From NCBI RefSeq assembly GCF_009914755.1, contig NC_060938.1: a DNA stretch of 64,000 nt; one strand, written 5' to 3'. The position numbers were made by a program, and so were the translations under genes. The DNA is from the human T2T-CHM13v2.0 reference genome, Homo sapiens. The notes under the pieces are model-generated. The model was not told where the DNA came from. It ran no database searches and saw only the letters and a program-made list of their open reading frames with translations. This document shows positions 51,953-64,000 of the stretch, one piece after another; the first letter of the stretch is position 1; every line of letters starts with the position of its first letter.

Positions 51953-54900
51953 GTGCCTCAAAGCTGCTCTCTGAAACGGAATGTTCAACTCTATGAGTTG
52001 AATGCAAACATCGCAAAGACGTTTCTGAGAATGCTTCTGTCTAGATTTGATATGAAGATATTCCCGTTTCCAACGAAATCTTCAAATCTATCCAAATGTC
52101 CACTTGCAGATTCAACAAAAAGTGTTTTTCAGAACTGCTCTATCAAAAGAAAGATCCACCTCTGTTAGCTGAGTTCACACATCACAAACAAGTTTATGAG
52201 AATGCTTCTGTCTAGTTTTTATTTGAAGATATTTCCTTTCTCACCATAGAGCTGAAAGCTGTCCTAATGTTCACTTCCAGATACTACAGAAAGAGTGTTT
52301 CAAAACTGCTGTACGAAAGGGAATGTTCAACTATGTGACTTGAATGCACACATCACAAAGAAGTTTCTGAGGATGCTGCTGTCTAGTTTTTATACGTAAT
52401 CCCGTTTCCAACGAAATCCTCCAAGCTATCCAAATATCCACTTGCAGATTCCACAGAAAGACTGTTTCAAAACTGCTCTGTCAATAGAAAGGTTCAACTC
52501 TGTTAGCTGCGTGCATATATCCCAAAGAAGATTCTGAGATTGCTTCTGTCTAGTTTTTATGGGAAGATATTTCCCTTTTCACCGTAGGCGTCAAGGCGCT
52601 CCAAATGTCCACTTCCAGATACTACAAAAAGAGTGTTTCAAACCTACTCTGTGAAAGGGAATATTCAACTCTGTGACTTGAATGCACATATCACAAAGAA
52701 GTTTCTGAGAATGCTTCTGTCGAGATTTTATATGAAGATATTCCCGTTTCCAACGAAATGCTGAAATCTATCCAAATATCCCCTCGCAGATTCTACAAAA
52801 AGAGTGTTTCAAAACTGCTCTGTGAAAAGAAAGGTTCAACTCTGTTAGTTGAGTACACACATCACAAACAAGTTTCACAGAATGCTTCTTTCTAGCTTGT
52901 AGGGGAAGATATTCCCTTTATCACCATGGGCCTCCAACCGTCCGAAACATCCACTTCCATATACTACAAAAAGAGCGTTTCAAACCTGCTCTATGAAAGG
53001 CAATGTTCAACTCTGTGACTTGAATGCAGACATCACAGAGCAGTTTCTGAGAATGCTTCTGTCTAGATTTTATAGGAAGATATTCCCGTTTCCAACGAAA
53101 TCTTCACAGCTATCCAAATATCCACTTGCAGATTCTACAAAAAGAGTGTATCAAAACTGCTCTGTCAAAAGGAAGGTTCTTCTCTGTTAGGTGAGTGCAT
53201 ACGTCATAAAGGAGTTTCTGAGAATGTTTCTGTCTAGTGGTTATGGGAAGATATTTGCTTTTTCACCGTAGGCCTCAGAGCGCTCCAAATATCCACTTGC
53301 ACATACTACAAAAAGAGTGCTTCAAAGCTGCTCTCTGAAACGGAATGTTCAACTCTATGAGTTGAATGCAAACATCACAAAGACGTTTCTGAGAATGCTT
53401 CTGTCTAGATTTGATATGAAGATATTCCCGTTTCCAACGAAATCTTCAAATCTATCCAAATGTCCACTTGCAGATTCAACAAAAAGTGTTTTTCAGAACT
53501 GCTCTATCAAAAGAAAGATCCACCTCTGTTAGCTGAGTTCACACATCACAAACAAGTTTATGAGAATGCTTCTGTCTAGTTTTTATTTGAAGATATTTCC
53601 TTTCTCACCATAGAGCTGAAAGCTGTCCTAATGTTCACTTCCAGATACTACAGAAAGAGTGTTTCAAAACTGCTGTACGAAAGGGAATGTTCAACTCTGT
53701 GACTTGAATGCACACATCACAAAGAAGTTTCTGAGGATGCTGCTGTCTACTTTTTATACGTAATCCCGTTTCCAACGAAATCCTCCAAGCTATCCAAATA
53801 TCCACTTGCAGATTCCACAGAAAGACTGTTTCAAAACTGCTCTGTCAATAGAAAGGTTCAACTCTGTTAGCTGCATGCATATATCCCAAAGAAGATTCTG
53901 AGATTGCTTCTGTCTAGTTTTTATGGGAAGATATTTCCCTTTTCACCGTAGGCGTCAAGGCGCTCCAAATGTCCACTTCCAGATACTACAAAAAGAGTGT
54001 TTCAAACCTACTCTGTGAAAGGGAATATTCAACTCTGTGACTTGAATGCACATATCACAAGGAAGTTTCTGAGAATGCTTCTGTCGAGATTTTATATGAA
54101 GATATTCCCGTTTCCAACGAAATCCTGAAATGTATCCAAATATCCCCTTGCAGATTCTACAAAAAGAGTGTTTCAAAACTGCTCTGTAAAAAGAAAGGTT
54201 CAACTCTGTTAGTTGAGTACACACATCACAAACAAGTTTCACACAATGCTTCTTTCTAGCTTGTAGGGGAAGATATTCCCTTTATCACCATGGGCCTCAA
54301 ACCGTCCGATAAGTCCACTTCCATATACTACAAAAAGAGCGTTTCAAACCTGCTCTATGAAAGGCAATGTTCAACTCTGTGACTTGAATGCAGACATCAC
54401 AGAGCAGTTTCTGAGAATGCTTCTGTCTAGATTTTATAGGAAGATATTCCCGTTTCCAACGAAATCTTCACAGCTATCCAAATATCTACTTGCAGATTCT
54501 ACAAAAAGAGTGTATCAAAACTGCTCTGTCAAAAGGAAGGTTCTTCTGTGTTAGGTGAGTGCATACGTCATAAAGGAGTTTCTGAGAATGTTTCTGTCTA
54601 GTGGTTATGGGAAGATATTTGCTTTTTCACCGTAGGCCTCAGAGCGCTCCAAATATCCACTTGCACATACTACAAAAAGAGTGCCTCAAAGCTGCTCTCT
54701 GAAACGGAATGTTCAACTCTATGAGTTGAATGCAAACATCGCAAAGACGTTTCTGAGAATGCTTCTGTCTAGATTTGATATGAAGATATTCCCGTTTCCA
54801 ACGAAATCTTCAAATCTATCCAAATGTCCACTTGCAGATTCAACAAAAAGTGTTTTTCAGAACTGCTCTATCAAAAGAAAGATCCACCTCTGTTAGCTGA

Positions 54901-57900
54901 GTTCACACATCACAAACAAGTTTATGAGAATGCTTCTGTCTAGTTTTTATTTGAAGATATTTCCTTTCTCACCATAGAGCTGAAAGCTGTCCTAATGTTC
55001 ACTTCCAGATACTACAGAAAGAGTGTTTCAAAACTGCTGTACGAAAGGGAATGTTCAACTATGTGACTTGAATGCACACATCACAAAGAAGTTTCTGAGG
55101 ATGCTGCTGTCTACTTTTTATACGTAATCCCGTTTCCAACGAAATCCTCCAAGCTATCGAAATATCCACTTGCAGATTCCACAGAAAGACTGTTTCAAAA
55201 CTGCTCTGTCAATAGAAAGGTTCAACTCTGTTAGCTGCGTGCATATATCCCAAAGAAGATTCTGAGATTGCTTCTGTCTAGTTTTTATGGGAAGATATTT
55301 CCCTTTTCACCGTAGGCGTCAAGGCGCTCCAAATGTCCACTTCCAGATACTACAAAAAGAGTGTTTCAAACCTACTCTGTGAAAGGGAATATTCAACTCT
55401 GTGACTTGAATGCACATATCACAAAGAAGTTTCTGAGAATGCTTCTGTCGAGATTTTATATGAAGATATTCCCGTTTCCAACGAAATCCTGAAATCTATC
55501 CAAATATCCCCTCGCAGATTCTACAAAAAGAGTGTTTCAAAACTGCTCTGTGAAAAGAAAGGTTCAACTCTGTTAGTTGAGTACACACATCACAAACAAG
55601 TTTCACAGAATGCTTCTTTCTAGCTTGTAGGGGAAGATATTCCCTTTATCACCATGGGCCTCCAACCGTCCGAAACATCCACTTCCATATACTACAAAAA
55701 GAGCGTTTCAAACCTGCTCTATGAAAGGCAATGTTCAACTCTGTGACTTGAATGCAGACATCACAGAGCAGTTTCTGAGAATGCTTCTGTCTAGATTTTA
55801 TAGGAAGATATTCCCGTTTCCAACGAAATCTTCACAGCTATCCAAATATCCACTTGCAGATTCTACAAAAAGAGTGTATCAAAACTGCTCTGTCAAAAGG
55901 AAGGTTCTTCTCTGTTAGGTGAGTGCATACGTCATAAAGGAGTTTCTGAGAATGTTTCTGTCTAGTGGTTATGGGAAGATATTTGCTTTTTCACCGTAGG
56001 CCTCAGAGCGCTCCAAATATCCACTTGCACATACTACAAAAAGAGTGCCTCAAAGCTGCTCTCTGAAACGGAATGTTCAACTCTATGAGTTGAATGCAAT
56101 CATCGCAAAGACGTTTCTGAGAATGCTTCTGTCTAGATTTGATATGAAGATATTCCCGTTTCCAACGAAATCTTCAAATCTATCCAAATGTCCACTTGCA
56201 GATTCAACAAAAAGTGTTTTTCAGAACTGCTCTATCAAAAGAAAGATCCACCTCTGTTAGCTGAGTTCACACATCACAAACAAGTTTATGAGAATGCTTC
56301 TGTCTAGTTTTTATTTGAAGATATTTCCTTTCTCACCATAGAGCTGAAAGCTGTCCTAATGTTCACTTCCAGATACTACAGAAAGAGTGTTTCAAAACTG
56401 CTGTACGAAAGGGAATGTTCAACTATGTGACTTGAATGCACACATCACAAAGAAGTTTCTGAGGATGCTGCTGTCTACTTTTTATACGTAATCCCGTTTC
56501 CAACGAAATCCTCCAAGCTATCCAAATATCCACTTGCAGATTCCACAGAAAGACTGTTTCAAAACTGCTCTGTCAATAGAAAGGTTCAACTCTGTTAGCT
56601 GCGTGCATATATCCCAAAGAAGATTCTGAGATTGCTTCTGTCTAGTTTTTATGGGAAGATATTTCCCTTTTCACCGTAGGCGTCAAGGCGCTCCAAATGT
56701 CCACTTCCAGATACTACAAAAAGAGTGTTTCAAACCTACTCTGTGAAAGGGAATATTCAACTCTGTGACTTGAATGCACATATCACAAAGAAGTTTCTGA
56801 GAATGCTTCTGTCGAGATTTTATATGAAGATATTCCCGTTTCCAACGAAATGCTGAAATCTATCCAAATATCCCCTCGCAGATTCTACAAAAAGAGTGTT
56901 TCAAAACTGCTCTGTGAAAAGAAAGGTTCAACTCTGTTAGTTGAGTACACACATCACAAACAAGTTTCACAGAATGCTTCTTTCTAGCTTGTAGGGGAAG
57001 ATATTCCCTTTATCACCATGGGCCTCCAACCGTCCGAAACATCCACTTCCATATACTACAAAAAGAGCGTTTCAAACCTGCTCTATGAAAGGCAATGTTC
57101 AACTCTGTGACTTGAATGCAGACATCACAGAGCAGTTTCTGAGAATGCTTCTGTCTAGATTTTATAGGAAGATATTCCCGTTTCCAACGAAATCTTCACA
57201 GCTATCCAAATATCCACTTGCAGATTCTACAAAAAGAGTGTATCAAAACTGCTCTGTCAAAAGGAAGGTTCTTCTCTGTTAGGTGAGTGCATACGTCATA
57301 AAGGAGTTTCTGAGAATGTTTCTGTCTAGTGGTTATGGGAAGATATTTGCTTTTTCACCGTAGGCCTCAGAGCGCTCCAAATATCCACTTGCACATACTA
57401 CAAAAAGAGTGCTTCAAAGCTGCTCTCTGAAACGGAATGTTCAACTCTATGAGTTGAATGCAAACATCACAAAGACGTTTCTGAGAATGCTTCTGTCTAG
57501 ATTTGATATGAAGATATTCCCGTTTCCAACGAAATCTTCAAATCTATCCAAATGTCCACTTGCAGATTCAACAAAAAGTGTTTTTCAGAACTGCTCTATC
57601 AAAAGAAAGATCCACCTCTGTTAGCTGAGTTCACACATCACAAACAAGTTTATGAGAATGCTTCTGTCTAGTTTTTATTTGAAGATATTTCCTTTCTCAC
57701 CATAGAGCTGAAAGCTGTCCTAATGTTCACTTCCAGATACTACAGAAAGAGTGTTTCAAAACTGCTGTACGAAAGGGAATGTTCAACTCTGTGACTTGAA
57801 TGCACACATCACAAAGAAGTTTCTGAGGATGCTGCTGTCTACTTTTTATACGTAATCCCGTTTCCAACGAAATCCTCCAAGCTATCCAAATATCCACTTG

Positions 57901-60900
57901 CAGATTCCACAGAAAGACTGTTTCAAAACTGCTCTGTCAATAGAAAGGTTCAACTCTGTTAGCTGCGTGCATATATCCCAAAGAAGATTGTGAGATTGCT
58001 TCTGTCTAGTTTTTATGGGAAGATATTTCCCTTTTCACCGTAGGCGTCAAGGCGCTCCAAATGTCCACTTCCAGATACTACAAAAAGAGTGTTTCAAACC
58101 TACTCTGTGAAAGGGAATATTCAACTCTGTGACTTGAATGCACATATCACAAGGAAGTTTCTGAGAATGCTTCTGTCGAGATTTTATATGAAGATATTCC
58201 CGTTTCCAACGAAATCCTGAAATGTATCCAAATATCCCCTTGCAGATTCTACAAAAAGAGTGTTTCAAAACTGCTCTGTAAAAAGAAAGGTTCAACTCTG
58301 TTAGTTGAGTACACACATCACAAACAAGTTTCACACAATGCTTCTTTCTAGCTTGTAGGGGAAGATATTCCCTTTATCACCATGGGCCTCAAACCGTCCG
58401 ATAAGTCCACTTCCATATACTACAAAAAGAGCGTTTCAAACCTGCTCTATGAAAGGCAATGTTCAACTCTGTGACTTGAATGCAGACATCACAGAGCAGT
58501 TTCTGAGAATGCTTCTGTCTAGATTTTATAGGAAGATATTCCCGTTTCCAACGAAATCTTCACAGCTATCCAAATATCCACTTGCAGATTCTACAAAAAG
58601 AGTGTATCAAAACTGCTCTGTCAAAAGGAAGGTTCTTCTCTGTTAGGTGAGTGCATACGTCATAAAGGAGTTTCTGAGAATGTTTCTGTCTAGTGGTTAT
58701 GGGAAGATATTTGCTTTTTCACCGTAGGCCTCAGAGCGCTCCAAATATCCACTTGCACATACTACAAAAAGAGTGCCTCAAAGCTGCTCTCTGAAACGGA
58801 ATGTTCAACTCTATGAGTTGAATGCAAACATCGCAAAGACGTTTCTGAGAATGCTTCTGTCTAGATTTGATATGAAGATATTCCCGTTTCCAACGAAATC
58901 TTCAAATCTATCCAAATGTCCACTTGCAGATTCAACAAAAAGTGTTTTTCAGAACTGCTCTATCAAAAGAAAGATCCACCTCTGTTAGCTGAGTTCACAC
59001 ATCACAAACAAGTTTATGAGAATGCTTCTGTCTAGTTTTTATTTGAAGATATTTCCTTTCTCACCATAGAGCTGAAAGCTGTCCTAATGTTCACTTCCAG
59101 ATACTACAGAAAGAGTGTTTCAAAACTGCTGTACGAAAGGGAATGTTCAACTATGTGACTTGAATGCACACATCACAAAGAAGTTTCTGAGGATGCTGCT
59201 GTCTACTTTTTATACGTAATCCCGTTTCCAACGAAATCGTCCAAGCTATCCAAATATCCACTTGTAGATTCCACAGAAAGACTGTTTCAAAACTGCTCTG
59301 TCAATAGAAAGGTTCAACTCTGTTAGCTGCGTGCATATATCCCAAAGAAGATTCTGAGATTGCTTCTGTCTAGTTTTTATGGGAAGATATTTCCCTTTTC
59401 ACCGTAGGCGTCAAGGCGCTCCAAATGTCCACTTCCAGATACTACAAAAAGAGTGTTTCAAACCTACTCTGTGAAAGGGAATATTCAACTCTGTGACTTG
59501 AATGCACATATCACAAAGAAGTTTCTGAGAATGCTTCTGTCGAGATTTTATATGAAGATATTCCCGTTTCCAACGAAATGCTGAAATCTATCCAAATATC
59601 CCCTCGCAGATTCTACAAAAAGAGTGTTTCAAAACTGCTCTGTGAAAAGAAAGGTTCAACTCTGTTAGTTGAGTACACACATCACAAACAAGTTTCACAG
59701 AATGCTTCTTTCTAGCTTGTAGGGGAAGATATTCCCTTTATCACCATGGGCCTCCAACCGTCCGAAACATCCACTTCCATATACTACAAAAAGAGCGTTT
59801 CAAACCTGCTCTATGAAAGGCAATGTTCAACTCTGTGACTTGAATGCAGACATCACAGAGCAGTTTCTGAGAATGCTTCTGTCTAGATTTTATAGGAAGA
59901 TATTCCCGTTTCCAACGAAATCTTCACAGCTATCCAAATATCCACTTGCAGATTCTACAAAAAGAGTGTATCAAAACTGCTCTGTCAAAAGGAAGGTTCT
60001 TCTCTGTTAGGTGAGTGCATACGTCATAAAGGAGTTTCTGAGAATGTTTCTGTCTAGTGGTTATGGGAAGATATTTGCTTTTTCACCGTAGGCCTCAGAG
60101 CGCTCCAAATATCCACTTGCACATACTACAAAAAGAGTGCTTCAAAGCTGCTCTCTGAAACGGAATGTTCAACTCTATGAGTTGAATGCAAACATCACAA
60201 AGACGTTTCTGAGAATGCTTCTGTCTAGATTTGATATGAAGATATTCCCGTTTCCAACGAAATCTTCAAATCTATCCAAATGTCCACTTGCAGATTCAAC
60301 AAAAAGTGTTTTTCAGAACTGCTCTATCAAAAGAAAGATCCACCTCTGTTAGCTGAGTTCACACATCACAAACAAGTTTATGAGAATGCTTCTGTCTAGT
60401 TTTTATTTGAAGATATTTCCTTTCTCACCATAGAGCTGAAAGCTGTCCTAATGTTCACTTCCAGATACTACAGAAAGAGTGTTTCAAAACTGCTGTACGA
60501 AAGGGAATGTTCAACTCTGTGACTTGAATGCACACATCACAAAGAAGTTTCTGAGGATGCTGCTGTCTACTTTTTATACGTAATCCCGTTTCCAACGAAA
60601 TCCTCCAAGCTATCCAAATATCCACTTGCAGATTCCACAGAAAGACTGTTTCAAAACTGCTCTGTCAATAGAAAGGTTCAACTCTGTTAGCTGCATGCAT
60701 ATATCCCAAAGAAGATTCTGAGATTGCTTCTGTCTAGTTTTTATGGGAAGATATTTCCCTTTTCACCGTAGGCGTCAAGGCGCTCCAAATGTCCACTTCC
60801 AGATACTACAAAAAGAGTGTTTCAAACCTACTCTGTGAAAGGGAATATTCAACTCTGTGACTTGAATGCACATATCACAAAGAAGTTTCTGAGAATGCTT

Positions 60901-63900
60901 CTGTCGAGATTTTATATGAAGATATTCCCGTTTCCAACGAAATGCTGAAATCTATCCAAATATCCCCTCGCAGATTCTACAAAAAGAGTGTTTCAAAACT
61001 GCTCTGTGAAAAGAAAGGTTCAACTCTGTTAGTTGAGTACACACATCACAAACAAGTTTCACAGAATGCTTCTTTCTAGCTTGTAGGGGAAGATATTCCC
61101 TTTATCACCATGGGCCTCCAACCGTCCGAAACATCCACTTCCATATACTACAAAAAGAGCGTTTCAAACCTGCTCTATGAAAGGCAATGTTCAACTCTGT
61201 GACTTGAATGCAGACATCACAGAGCAGTTTCTGAGAATGCTTCTGTCTAGATTTTATAGGAAGATATTCCCGTTTCCAACGAAATCTTCACAGCTATCCA
61301 AATATCCACTTGCAGATTCTACAAAAAGAGTGTATCAAAACTGCTCTGTCAAAAGGAAGGTTCTTCTCTGTTAGGTGAGTGCATACGTCATAAAGGAGTT
61401 TCTGAGAATGTTTCTGTCTAGTGGTTATGGGAAGATATTTGCTTTTTCACCGTAGGCCTCAGAGCGCTCCAAATATCCACTTGCACATACTACAAAAAGA
61501 GTGCTTCAAAGCTGCTCTCTGAAACGGAATGTTCAACTCTATGAGTTGAATGCAAACATCACAAAGACGTTTCTGAGAATGCTTCTGTCTAGATTTGATA
61601 TGAAGATATTCCCGTTTCCAACGAAATCTTCAAATCTATCCAAATGTCCACTTGCAGATTCAACAAAAAGTGTTTTTCAGAACTGCTCTATCAAAAGAAA
61701 GATCCACCTCTGTTAGCTGAGTTCACACATCACAAACAAGTTTATGAGAATGCTTCTGTCTAGTTTTTATTTGAAGATATTTCCTTTCTCACCATAGAGC
61801 TGAAAGCTGTCCTAATGTTCACTTCCAGATACTACAGAAAGAGTGTTTCAAAACTGCTGTACGAAAGGGAATGTTCAACTCTGTGACTTGAATGCACACA
61901 TCACAAAGAAGTTTCTGAGGATGCTGCTGTCTACTTTTTATACGTAATCCCGTTTCCAACGAAATCCTCCAAGCTATCCAAATATCCACTTGCAGATTCC
62001 ACAGAAAGACTGTTTCAAAACTGCTCTGTCAATAGAAAGGTTCAACTCTGTTAGCTGCATGCATATATCCCAAAGAAGATTCTGAGATTGCTTCTGTCTA
62101 GTTTTTATGGGAAGATATTTCCCTTTTCACCGTAGGCGTCAAGGCGCTCCAAATGTCCACTTCCAGATACTACAAAAAGAGTGTTTCAAACCTACTCTGT
62201 GAAAGGGAATATTCAACTCTGTGACTTGAATGCACATATCACAAGGAAGTTTCTGAGAATGCTTCTGTCGAGATTTTATATGAAGATATTCCCGTTTCCA
62301 ACGAAATCCTGAAATGTATCCAAATATCCCCTTGCAGATTCTACAAAAAGAGTGTTTCAAAACTGCTCTGTAAAAAGAAAGGTTCAACTCTGTTAGTTGA
62401 GTACACACATCACAAACAAGTTTCACACAATGCTTCTTTCTAGCTTGTAGGGGAAGATATTCCCTTTATCACCATGGGCCTCAAACCGTCCGATAAGTCC
62501 ACTTCCATATACTACAAAAAGAGCGTTTCAAACCTGCTCTATGAAAGGCAATGTTCAACTCTGTGACTTGAATGCAGACATCACAGAGCAGTTTCTGAGA
62601 ATGCTTCTGTCTAGATTTTATAGGAAGATATTCCCGTTTCCAACGAAATCTTCACAGCTATCCAAATATCCACTTGCAGATTCTACAAAAAGAGTGTATC
62701 AAAACTGCTCTGTCAAAAGGAAGGTTCTTCTCTGTTAGGTGAGTGCATACGTCATAAAGGAGTTTCTGAGAATGTTTCTGTCTAGTGGTTATGGGAAGAT
62801 ATTTGCTTTTTCACCGTAGGCCTCAGAGCGCTCCAAATATCCACTTGCACATACTACAAAAAGAGTGCCTCAAAGCTGCTCTCTGAAACGGAATGTTCAA
62901 CTCTATGAGTTGAATGCAAGCATCGCAAAGACGTTTCTGAGAATGCTTCTGTCTAGATTTGATATGAAGATATTCCCGTTTCCAACGAAATCTTCAAATC
63001 TATCCAAATGTCCACTTGCAGATTCAACAAAAAGTGTTTTTCAGAACTGCTCTATCAAAAGAAAGATCCACCTCTGTTAGCTGAGTTCACACATCACAAA
63101 CAAGTTTATGAGAATGCTTCTGTCTAGTTTTTATTTGAAGATATTTCCTTTCTCACCATAGAGCTGAAAGCTGTCCTAATGTTCACTTCCAGATACTACA
63201 GAAAGAGTGTTTCAAAACTGCTGTACGAAAGGGAATGTTCAACTATGTGACTTGAATGCACACATCACAAAGAAGTTTCTGAGGATGCTGCTGTCTACTT
63301 TTTATACGTAATCCCGTTTCCAACGAAATCCTCCAAGCTATCCAAATATCCACTTGCAGATTCCACAGAAAGACTGTTTCAAAACTGCTCTGTCAATAGA
63401 AAGGTTCAACTCTGTTAGCTGCGTGCATATATCCCAAAGAAGATTCTGAGATTGCTTCTGTCTAGTTTTTATGGGAAGATATTTCCCTTTTCACCGTAGG
63501 CGTCAAGGCGCTCCAAATGTCCACTTCCAGATACTACAAAAAGAGTGTTTCAAACCTACTCTGTGAAAGGGAATATTCAACTCTGTGACTTGAATGCACA
63601 TATCACAAAGAAGTTTCTGAGAATGCTTCTGTCGAGATTTTATATGAAGATATTCCCGTTTCCAACGAAATGCTGAAATCTATCCAAATATCCCCTCGCA
63701 GATTCTACAAAAAGAGTGTTTCAAAACTGCTCTGTGAAAAGAAAGGTTCAACTCTGTTAGTTGAGTACACACATCACAAACAAGTTTCACAGAATGCTTC
63801 TTTCTAGCTTGTAGGGGAAGATATTCCCTTTATCACCATGGGCCTCCAACCGTCCGAAACATCCACTTCCATATACTACAAAAAGAGCGTTTCAAACCTG

Positions 63901-64000
63901 CTCTATGAAAGGCAATGTTCAACTCTGTGACTTGAATGCAGACATCACAGAGCAGTTTCTGAGAATGCTTCTGTCTAGATTTTATAGGAAGATATTCCCG
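51953..64000. repeat. Right sub-array: return to indel-free A/B HOR haplotypes
   Basis: Exact 1364-bp spacing from 51953 to 62865. Front-marker order is A,B,A,A,B,A,B,B,A, using the same diagnostic SNVs as the left flank. Confidence 0.88.

Larger units (their letters stand above)
1..64000 (-). repeat. Alpha-satellite HOR array, 8-mer (1364 bp), ~47 copies, SF2 dimeric type; probably human D14Z9/D22Z1 (S2C14/22H1L)
   Basis: Near-identical sequence recurs every 1364 bp (ORF track starts 141, 1505, 2869, ...). The internal period is ~171 bp with alphoid motifs (ttctgagaatgcttctgtctag, gttcaactctgtgacttgaatgca, tccacttgcagattctacaaaaagagtgtttcaaaactgctct). A CENP-B box occurs in every second monomer. 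Alphoid/8-mer call is essentially certain; the chromosome assignment is from recall (about 0.8), and chr14 cannot be told from chr22 here. Confidence 0.98.

Noticed and set aside
1255-62920. Isolated singleton SNVs (e.g. 1255, 3280, 11059, 19332, 21813, 46178, 56100, 62920)
   Set aside because: Each was seen once and is consistent with ordinary recent mutation or consensus error. I found no pattern, although 3280 coincidentally mimics the neighbouring monomer.
141-63080. Recurrent 65 and 71 aa (+) and 92, 95 and 122 aa (-) ORFs
   Set aside because: These are chance open frames of alpha-satellite. They appear, extend or vanish with single SNVs or indels; the 122 aa form, for example, arises from the 1-bp-loss patch. 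They show no recognisable domain or gene context.
250-63670. CRISPR-like arrangement: constant 17-bp motif at ~340 bp intervals
   Set aside because: The motif is the CENP-B box. The intervening sequences are themselves repeated rather than unique spacers, and there are no cas genes.
1-64000. Transposon insertion, inversion or monomer-number HOR variants
   Set aside because: HOR spacing is 1362-1364 bp throughout and fully accounted for by twenty 1-bp losses. All boxes lie on the same strand and no non-alphoid sequence was seen.
1-64000. A previously undescribed biological system
   Set aside because: Everything visible is explained by a known class of centromeric HOR array and its recombinational turnover. 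Only the fine-scale haplotype architecture may be unreported.

Overview
The whole 64 kb is one uninterrupted, single-orientation array of primate centromeric alpha-satellite DNA. Monomers of ~171 bp form an 8-monomer higher-order repeat (HOR) of 1364 bp, present in about 47 copies. Monomers alternate between B-type, with a CENP-B box (TTTCGTTGGAAACGGGA on the - strand), and A-type, with a pJalpha-like box. The dimeric layout, 8-mer length and monomer sequences best fit human suprachromosomal family 2, most likely the live chr14/chr22 array (D14Z9/D22Z1); this assignment is from recall and was not searched. All listed ORFs are repeat-derived artefacts. I see no genes, transposon insertions, inversions or monomer-number HOR variants, and no evidence of a new protein-coding system. 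The real structure lies in the linked SNV/indel haplotypes of the HOR copies. Two HOR types alternate with a ~2728 bp (16-mer) super-period on both flanks. They enclose a central ~25-52 kb block with its own indel markers, which shows duplications at 5-, 7- and 10-HOR offsets. There are also recombinant HOR copies and one inactivated CENP-B box. HOR copies are numbered here from position 141 (unit 1 = 141, unit 2 = 1505, ... unit 47 = 62865). Variant positions were read by eye.
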